Positions 1-5,051 of a stretch of 5,051 bases of DNA are shown piece by piece; position 1 is the first letter of the stretch; each line of letters opens with the position of its first letter. The notes beneath the pieces were generated by a model. The model was not told the origin of the DNA, made no database searches, and worked only from the letters and a program-made list of their open reading frames with translations. The DNA is from a virus (Duplodnaviria; Heunggongvirae; Uroviricota; Caudoviricetes), in the IMG/VR virus record IMGVR_UViG_2690316028_000009. One strand, written 5' to 3'. The position numbers and the translations under genes are program-made.

Positions 1-126
1 GAGGGATTTCAAACCCGCCATCAATACCACCCCAGGCAGCGTCAGCATTAAGCCCGTTATCGGGCACATGACAGTCGTATTGGCTGCAAGCCCAACACGC
101 TGCATTGCATAATCGAAAAATGACAT
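1..126 (-). CDS. Possible 5' end of a gene running off the left edge (42 codons seen, hydrophobic N-terminus MSFFDYAMQRVGLAANTTVMCPITGLMLTLPGVVLMAGLKSL); product unknown
   Basis: ATG at 126-124 with an AAAGG Shine-Dalgarno-like motif 9 nt upstream; open to the window edge. The opposite strand also carries an open frame entering from the edge and stopping near 110, so strand assignment is uncertain. Confidence 0.2.
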   Translation of the reverse strand, partial: MSFFDYAMQRVGLAANTTVMCPITGLMLTLPGVVLMAGLKSL

Positions 127-509
127 GGTGGTTAACCTTTCAATGAATGGGGCTTATTATACCATGCATAGCTCAATTATTAATCAATCATCATCGCATG
201 CTTGATGCCATTTAACTTTGTCGCAGGCACTCAGTGAATGTCTGCTGTAATGCCTGCTCAGCCAAGTTGAAGCACACCGTGTTCTTTTGAATCAGAGAAT
301 GCAACAAACCCAGTGTATTCGGGGATAGTGTTCCGTCATCAGCATCAAATGCTGAAATGGTTGCGTGAAGAATCAAAAATGCTCCAAATCCCGCGCCGCT
401 GCTGCCCCTCGATGGTCAGAATCGTCAAGGAGGACCCGTTAAAAGGTAAGCAGAAAATCTGTGGTTAGAAGTGAAGGCTTTGACAACGTTCTAAATTTTA
501 TGACAGAAA

Positions 510-544
510 TAAAAAAGCATTACCTTTCAAGATAATGCTTTTTC
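510..544 (-). terminator. Bidirectional intrinsic terminator downstream of the gns gene
   Basis: Perfect 7-bp inverted repeat AGCATTA (516-522) / TAATGCT (533-539) with a 10-nt loop, flanked by an A-run (510-515) and a T-run (540-544), so it reads as hairpin plus U-tract on either strand. Confidence 0.6.
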
Positions 545-567
545 ACTCGAACTGAGTCTTATAACAA

Positions 568-741
568 TTAGATTAATGTGATTTTAATATCATAGCTTTC
601 AAGCCCAGTCATTTTTTCACGAGCATTAAACTGGATATCGGAAACTTCTTTTCCTGTCTTTTTTTTGAGTTCAATAATTTTTTTTGTGATGAATTCAGAA
701 ATATCCGCTTCAGTTTTTCTTTTTAAATCTTCGACGTTCAT
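568..741 (-). CDS. gnsB: GnsA/GnsB-family small protein, 57 aa (MNVEDLKRKTEADISEFITKKIIELKKKTGKEVSDIQFNAREKMTGLESYDIKITLI)
   Basis: My own translation; absent from the ORF track, presumably below its length cutoff. GAGAGG Shine-Dalgarno 6 nt upstream of the ATG. The sequence closely matches E. coli GnsA/GnsB as I recall it (shared core NTGKEVSEI.F.AREKMTGLESYD.KI). The choice of gnsB over gnsA is contextual (next to a CspI-like gene) and not secure. Confidence 0.8.
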   Translation of the reverse strand: MNVEDLKRKTEADISEFITKKIIELKKKTGKEVSDIQFNAREKMTGLESYDIKITLI

Positions 742-945
742 TGTTTACCTCTCTTGATCTCTAACGTATCAACGCCAGGCATGTTACATTCCCCGTAGAG
801 CACTTGTATAAGCGCTGATATGTTTAAAAGATAGAATAGAAAGACTCAATTATCAATAGTTTGCAGTACAATCTTCATGCAAAAGAGCTCGCGACCACAC
901 AAACCACTGTACTAAAATCCGGGTCGGTCACGAAACAACCAGATC

Positions 946-1176
946 TCATTTCAAAAGCTTCGAGGCTGCCTCGAGGATCTCTTCTGAACTGACATCACGA
1001 TCAGAGGCTACATAAACTATTTTATGGTCTCCTGTCAGAGATGGAAATCCCGCTGACATCACGGGTAGGTGTGCTTTTTCCCCATTGGGAAACTCACGCA
1101 TTATCGTAGTAATACCTTTCATTACGGTTACAACAACTGCTGGTTCTGCATTAAAAAAAACGATGACTTTTTTCAT
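946..1176 (-). CDS. Hypothetical 76-aa protein between csp and gns; positional counterpart of the small cold-shock-associated genes (ymcE / ynfN) in E. coli csp-gns clusters
   Basis: ORF with ATG start and protein-like, non-repetitive composition; weak Shine-Dalgarno. I do not recognise the family from sequence, so the call rests on gene order only. Confidence 0.5.
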   Translation of the reverse strand: MKKVIVFFNAEPAVVVTVMKGITTIMREFPNGEKAHLPVMSAGFPSLTGDHKIVYVASDRDVSSEEILEAASKLLK

Positions 1177-1221
1177 AATTTTACCGTGATGTCTCTTACA
1201 GAGATTGTCGGTTCAGCATAC

Positions 1222-1243
1222 AAAAAAGGCTCCATAAGGAGCC
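1222..1243 (-). terminator. Intrinsic terminator on the minus strand
   Basis: Minus-strand reading GGCTCC-TTAT-GGAGCC followed by TTTTTT (plus-strand 1228-1243 stem, 1222-1227 A-run). It lies about 200 nt downstream of the csp stop. Confidence 0.65.
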
Positions 1244-1448
1244 TGAAATTTATTTTCTGAATTCTAACGAAGACTGACCAGAACGAATGTACAGTGCAAT
1301 ATTATCAAATGTAATCATTGTTGATTTGCAAAAAATACATTTTGCTCCGAAAGGATTTTTTTCAGTAACATCAAAGTTTGACGTTCGGTACTGAGATCCG
1401 TGGCAACACGGACATCTGAAGTGAATATTATTAGTAATAACAGTTACC

Positions 1449-1661
1449 TTATACAGCCACGACATTAACTGCCGTGGGGCCTTTAGGTCCCTGTTCAACA
1501 CTAAATTCAACTTCCTGATTCTCATTCAACGTCTTGAAATCATTACTCTGGATAGCAGAGAAGTGAACAAACACATCTTTACTACCATCTTTTGGAGTGA
1601 TAAAACCAAAACCTTTTTCAGGATTAAACCATTTAACTAAACCAGTCATTTTATTAGACAT
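1449..1661 (-). CDS. cspI: Cold shock protein, CspA family (CspI/CspG-like), 70 aa
   Basis: Translation [53 protein letters not shown]... carries the RNP1 (KGFGFI) and RNP2 (VFVHF) motifs. Start taken at the third Met of the track ORF (1661), which gives the canonical MSNKMTG N-terminus and an AAGGTAATG Shine-Dalgarno context like E. coli cspA. The paralog label is from memory of E. coli Csp sequences. Confidence 0.9.
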   Translation of the reverse strand: MSNKMTGLVKWFNPEKGFGFITPKDGSKDVFVHFSAIQSNDFKTLNENQEVEFSVEQGPKGPTAVNVVAV

Positions 1662-1900
1662 AAACATTACCTTTATTGAGTAAGCCCTTGGGCAGAATGG
1701 TCCGAAAAAAAATTATCAGAGAGAAAAGCTAACAAGGAAATCTCAACAGGAACAAGGAATAAAATTATTACAGCGACTGCTTCAGATAAATTCGTTACAA
1801 ACCAGACATTCATTAACGCATGATTAACCAGACATAGCAAGGTTTAGTTTTGTAAGTAAATCTCAGTGGGTTTTGATCTTAAAAATTAATTTAAATAGCT
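1662..1900 (-). promoter_or_regulatory. csp promoter and long 5' UTR (cold-shock thermosensor-type leader)
   Basis: Candidate -35 TTGCTA (plus coordinates 1835-1840) and -10 GTTAAT (1812-1817) at 17-bp spacing, preceded by a very AT-rich UP-like tract (about 1841-1900); this predicts a leader of roughly 145 nt. CspA-family mRNAs are known to have long regulatory 5' UTRs. Exact boundaries not determinable from sequence alone. Confidence 0.4.
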
Positions 1901-2233
1901 TAAATCGAAAATTATGTCATGCTGCGTAAGACCTTTATCTATCACCCTAAGTTGTCAGGGATTTTGACTCAAGGAAGAGTCGTATTTCCTTCATAGTAAA
2001 AATTCACAAATTTATCCACGAAAACCGTCAACATCTTAATTTATAGAGCTATTATTTTTCCTCTACGGTTCATTGTTAGTATTTTTACGGACTCATAAAT
2101 CCGCTCACATGTCATTCCTGCTCGGTAGTTTTCATCAGCGCGTTCAGCATGGTATCGAGCTTCTTCTGCCAGGCTTCCTGGCATGTCTACGAGCATTGTG
2201 GTGTCATGGCGGATGGAAAGTTATGTTGATTCG

Positions 2234-2437
2234 TTAGTTATCGAGCTGTAGAACGCTATGCTCTAGCGACTCGGAATAGGCAATCAGCCCGGTGTACTCA
2301 GGGATAACCTCGCCATCATCCGCTTCGAACTCAGGGATTGTTCCGGTAGTGATGGTATATTGTGGCTGGCCATCTTCTTTTGCGAAGGCAGCCAGGTCTT
2401 CAATCTGCTTAGCTGTAAGAACTACTGTAATGCTCAT
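2234..2437 (-). CDS. Hypothetical small acidic protein, 67 aa (13 Asp+Glu against 2 Lys)
   Basis: ORF with ATG start and protein-like composition; GAGGA lies immediately before the ATG with no spacer. No family recognised. Confidence 0.5.
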   Translation of the reverse strand: MSITVVLTAKQIEDLAAFAKEDGQPQYTITTGTIPEFEADDGEVIPEYTGLIAYSESLEHSVLQLDN

Positions 2438-2572
2438 TCCTCAGTTGTTAAAAAGCCCCGCTATTGCGAGGCTTGATTGATTATGGCTAACGACTACATC
2501 GTAACGGTTATAAAAGAAGCTATTAGCCAACATGTGGTGTATGGTTGTTAACCGCCCACCAGGACAATCAAC

Positions 2573-2746
2573 ATGTCGATACTCAAAGATATCAAGATGC
2601 GTACTTTACGCCATGTGAAAAGTACTTGTCCTCATTGCTCCCGCCAGTCAAAGCACAGTCTGTCGAGAATAAAAAACAATATAACGTTAATTTGCCCCTT
2701 CTGTGGAAACATCTATCTTCCATCGGAAAGCAAACCAATAAAGTAA
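2573..2746 (+). CDS. Hypothetical Cys4 zinc-ribbon protein, 57 aa (MSILKDIKMRTLRHVKSTCPHCSRQSKHSLSRIKNNITLICPFCGNIYLPSESKPIK)
   Basis: My own translation in a frame not listed by the ORF track. ATG with AGGA 8 nt upstream; CPHC-x18-CPFC motif typical of zinc ribbons. Preferred over the overlapping track ORF 2545..2754, which needs a TTG start and has no motif. Confidence 0.5.
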   Translation: MSILKDIKMRTLRHVKSTCPHCSRQSKHSLSRIKNNITLICPFCGNIYLPSESKPIK

Positions 2747-2821
2747 CTGATTGACTACCAAATAAAACTCATACTCTCAGAATGTGGCAAAGCAGACATA
2801 ACCTTTTATTGTTGTTCTCAT

Positions 2822-3052
2822 TTAAGAGAATGTAACACCCAGAGTGGAGAGGTTTTTTTTCTTCTCCACAATACGGCGATCAAGTTCAGCCACTGCATGC
2901 GGGCGTATGGCATCAAGAAAGGCGTTATCCTGATAGGTAGACTGGATTGTCACACCAAGTCCGGCACCACTTTCCAGTATGCTTTTCTGAAGTTGTAGTT
3001 CTTTTATATCGTTATTGAGGTAATACGCTTCACTTAGGTTTTCTGCGTTCAT
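2822..3052 (-). CDS. Hypothetical 76-aa protein
   Basis: AT-rich ORF with ATG start and weak Shine-Dalgarno; its start directly abuts the breakpoint where the GC-rich integrase remnant begins. No family recognised. Confidence 0.4.
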   Translation of the reverse strand: MNAENLSEAYYLNNDIKELQLQKSILESGAGLGVTIQSTYQDNAFLDAIRPHAVAELDRRIVEKKKNLSTLGVTFS

Positions 3053-3078
3053 CTTCTACCCGTAAAGTAGAATTAAAC

Positions 3079-3411
3079 AGCGAGGCGCTGGCCGCGCTGC
3101 AGGCGCAGAAACAATTCACTTTCATGAAAAGCGAGTTTATTTTCAGCGACCCTAAAACGGGAGAGCCCTGGGCGAACGCCGACGCAATACGAAAAAAAGC
3201 ATGGGTGCCAACCCTCAAAAAAGCTGGCGTTCGATACCGTAACCCGTACCAGACCCGCCACACATTCGCCACCAGACACATTAGCCAGGGCGTAAACCTT
3301 TTCTGGCTTGCCGGGCAGATGGGGCATAAAGGGCCGGAAATGCTGTTCCGCAATTACGGTAAATACCAGGCTGAATACGACGGGAAAACCGCCATTTCAG
3401 CAGCTCTGTAG
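3079..3411 (+). pseudogene. Tyrosine recombinase (phage integrase family) C-terminal remnant; N-terminal roughly two-thirds missing
   Basis: The reading frame is open from about 3019, but only from about 3079 does it look integrase-like: ...YQTRHTFATRHISQGVNLFWLAGQMGHKGPEMLFRNYGKY..., i.e. the R-H-x-x-R / LxGH / Tyr catalytic region. No arm-binding or core-binding domain is encoded upstream. The segment is visibly GC-richer than the flanking DNA. The two minus-strand track ORFs overlapping it look like GC-driven artefacts. Confidence 0.7.
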
Positions 3412-3529
3412 CGTCGTGAGTATTTCAAAATGTTGGACGGAATCAGGACGTTAGAGGGACCACGATATGCACGTAAAATGCACTTGAGGCCTTTCAAAAA
3501 AGACAAAACATTAATATTCAATAGGTTAA

Positions 3530-3570
3530 GCATTATTCGGACACGGGTTCAACTCCCGCCAGCTCCACCA
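3530..3570 (+). other. ssrA: Partial copy of the 3' end of tmRNA (ssrA), T-arm/acceptor 3' strand ending CCA; att-site core repeat, not a functional tmRNA gene
   Basis: GGACACGGGTTCAACTCCCGCCAGCTCCACCA matches the E. coli tmRNA 3' terminus (as I recall it) with one mismatch. Neither the tmRNA 5' end (GGGGCTGATTCTGG...) nor the body is present anywhere in the window. Confidence 0.8.
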
Positions 3571-3606
3571 AATATTGATGTACTGAAGTTCAGTAAAGTC
3601 TACTAA

Positions 3607-3638
3607 GCCCGCACAGCACAAGCTCTGCGGGCTTTTTT
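3607..3638 (+). terminator. Intrinsic terminator after the ssrA 3' fragment
   Basis: GCCCGCA (3607-3613) / TGCGGGC (3626-3632) stem followed by TTTTTT (3633-3638). Confidence 0.65.
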
Positions 3639-3693
3639 ACGTCTATTGTAGTCTAGTGAGAATTGCTGAGAACTACGAGTTATGGCACCCTGA

Positions 3694-3733
3694 ATGGGAC
3701 CCACGAAGATGGGTCCTAAAATCGAGGGTCCCA
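3694..3733 (+). promoter_or_regulatory. Three phased 10-bp direct repeats immediately upstream of the integrase start
   Basis: ATGGGACCCA (3694-3703), ATGGGTCCTA (3709-3718) and GAGGGTCCCA (3724-3733) at exact 15-bp spacing; the last overlaps the Shine-Dalgarno region. Confidence 0.3.
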
Positions 3734-3736
3734 AAC

Positions 3737-4966
3737 ATGGCCAAAATCGCTAAGAAGCTCACTGACACTGAAATCAAAAGCACCAAACCTGCCGAAAAAG
3801 AGGTTAACCTTTTTGACGGCGATGGTTTGCTGTTGCGAATCGCTCCCCTGGCGAAGGGAGGGAAGAAAAATTGGTATTTCAGATATGCAGTGCCTGTGAC
3901 CAAAAAGCGAACTAAGGTGAGCTTAGGAACCTATCCTCACCTTACACTTGCGAAGGCACGAGCTTTACGTGATGAATACTTGTCGTTGCTTACAAATGGT
4001 ATAGACCCCCAAGTTCATAACAACCAAAAAGCCAATGCACTGAAAGATGCCACGGAACATACATTTCAAGCAGTAGCCAAGAAGTGGCTTGATGAGAAAG
4101 TCAAAACGTCAGGCATCTCCCAAGATCATGCTAACGACATCTGGCGAAGCCTAGAGAGAAATATCTTTTCCACATTGGGTGATACCCCAATTAAGGAGAT
4201 TCGCCCTAAAATGCTTAAACAGCATTTAGAACCCATAGAAAAACGAGGTGTCCTTGAAACACTTCGCCGCATCATATCCCGCCTGAATGAAATTTTCCGC
4301 TATGCAGCAACAGAAGAACTCATAGAATTCAACCCGGCAGACAACCTGGGGCAACGGTTCAGCAAGCCAAAAAAACAGAATATGCCAGCATTACCCCCTT
4401 CCGAACTCCCTCGCTTCTTGGTTGCTCTAAACAATGCTTCTATCCGTTTGGAAACAAGGCTACTGATTGAGTGGCAACTTCTCACATGGGTTCGCCCAGG
4501 TGAAGCTGTTCGCACAAGATGGTCAGATATTGATATTGAAACTGGCATGTGGAACATCCCGGCGGAGTTTATGAAAATGAAGAAGCCTCACAAAGTTCCA
4601 CTGAGCAAAGAAGCTTTGCGAGTTTTGGATTTAATGAAAGTCATCAGCGGGCATAGAGAGTGGGTGTTCCCCAGTATCAAAGCTCCACTCAATCACATGC
4701 ATGAACAAACAGCTAATGCGGCCATAATCCGTATGGGTTTCGGAGGTGAGCTTGTAGCTCACGGTATGCGATCCATTGCTAGAACGGCTGCTGAGGAGTC
4801 TGGCAAGTTTAGGACTGATGTCTTAGAAGCCGCCCTTGCCCACTCGAAGAAAGATGAAATAATTGCAGCCTACAATCGTGCAGAGTATCTCACTGAACGG
4901 GTGGTTCTCATGCAATGGTGGAGTGACTATGTTTCGTCTCAAAAATGCAAAGTTATTGCCGCATAA
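3737..4966 (+). CDS. intA: Site-specific tyrosine integrase, P4 family (ssrA-associated island integrase), 409 aa
   Basis: N-terminus MAKIAKKLTDTEIKSTKPAEKEVNLFDGDGLLLRIAP...WYFRY is typical of the P4-type arm-binding domain; C-terminus carries HGMRSIARTAA ... AAYNRAEY (catalytic His, Arg and Tyr). GAGGG sits 9 nt upstream of the ATG at 3737. The track ORF begins at a GTG at 3656, which I consider an over-extension. The gene symbol is by analogy to the CP4-57 ssrA-linked integrase and is not sequence-verified. Confidence 0.9.
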   Translation: MAKIAKKLTDTEIKSTKPAEKEVNLFDGDGLLLRIAPLAKGGKKNWYFRYAVPVTKKRTKVSLGTYPHLTLAKARALRDEYLSLLTNGIDPQVHNNQKANALKDATEHTFQAVAKKWLDEKVKTSGISQDHANDIWRSLERNIFSTLGDTPIKEIRPKMLKQHLEPIEKRGVLETLRRIISRLNEIFRYAATEELIEFNPADNLGQRFSKPKKQNMPALPPSELPRFLVALNNASIRLETRLLIEWQLLTWVRPGEAVRTRWSDIDIETGMWNIPAEFMKMKKPHKVPLSKEALRVLDLMKVISGHREWVFPSIKAPLNHMHEQTANAAIIRMGFGGELVAHGMRSIARTAAEESGKFRTDVLEAALAHSKKDEIIAAYNRAEYLTERVVLMQWWSDYVSSQKCKVIAA

Positions 4967-5051
4967 CTCTCCCATGATGGATTAACTATCTTGATTTAGG
5001 GAAGGTGCGAACAAGTTCCTGATATGAGATCATCATATTCATCCGGAGCGC

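Noticed and set aside
349-468. 39-codon plus-strand ORF (MLKWLREESKMLQIPRRCCPSMVRIVKEDPLKGKQKICG)
   Set aside because: No Shine-Dalgarno motif and unconvincing composition; the region 127-510 is more likely regulatory or intergenic.
1069-1260. Track ORF of 63 aa on the plus strand
   Set aside because: Antisense to the 76-aa minus-strand ORF and runs through the terminator hairpin; implausible composition.
1250-1525. Track ORF of 91 aa on the minus strand with CPCC and CIFC cysteine pairs
   Set aside because: Its start and first 25 codons overlap the csp coding sequence in another frame, and there is no independent start codon in the non-overlapping part.
2292-2480. Track ORF of 62 aa on the plus strand
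   Set aside because: Fully antisense to the more protein-like acidic ORF 2234..2437; Ser/Ala-rich low-complexity translation.
2545-2754. Track ORF of 69 aa on the plus strand
   Set aside because: Requires a TTG start and has no motif; the overlapping frame at 2573..2746 has an ATG, a Shine-Dalgarno motif and a Cys4 motif. Not fully excluded.
3030-3353. Track ORFs of 107 aa and 84 aa (3073..3327) on the minus strand
   Set aside because: Both lie antisense within the GC-rich integrase remnant, where long spurious frames are expected; the plus-strand frame carries the recombinase catalytic motifs.
3420-3570. Complete tmRNA (ssrA) gene or a tRNA gene
   Set aside because: Only the last roughly 40 nt match the tmRNA 3' end; no tmRNA 5' acceptor strand or body and no complementary tRNA acceptor 5' strand is present upstream.
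3656-3736. N-terminal extension of the integrase from the GTG at 3656
   Set aside because: P4-family integrases begin at the MAKIAKKLTDTEIK-type sequence; the ATG at 3737 has a Shine-Dalgarno motif and the extension covers the phased repeats and terminator-proximal leader.
3673-4557. Track ORFs of 76 aa (3673..3903) and 85 aa (4300..4557) on the minus strand
   Set aside because: Both are antisense inside the well-supported integrase gene.
1-5051. CRISPR array, IS element with terminal inverted repeats, rRNA
   Set aside because: No regularly spaced direct repeats, no transposase ORF with flanking inverted repeats and no rRNA-like sequence were seen.

Overview
AT-rich accessory region of enterobacterial type, read without any database search; all homology statements are from memory of protein families. 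Left to right: (1) an ambiguous partial ORF at the left edge; (2) a minus-strand cold-shock module: a CspA-family cold shock gene (closest to E. coli CspI/CspG), a 76-aa hypothetical and a GnsA/GnsB-family gene that the ORF track misses, each bounded by hairpin terminators; (3) an ORF-poor stretch followed by three small orphan genes (a very acidic 67-aa protein, a Cys4 zinc-ribbon 57-aa protein in a frame the track does not list, and a 76-aa protein); (4) a GC-richer C-terminal remnant of a tyrosine recombinase; (5) a roughly 40-bp copy of the 3' end of tmRNA (ssrA) ending in CCA, followed by a palindrome and an intrinsic terminator, with no tmRNA body upstream, so an att junction rather than a gene; (6) an intact P4-family integrase with three phased direct repeats just upstream of its start. 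My reading is that the window spans the junction between two elements integrated in tandem at ssrA. No complete multi-gene defence system is demonstrable here; the best candidates for undescribed function are the small orphan genes at 2234-3052.
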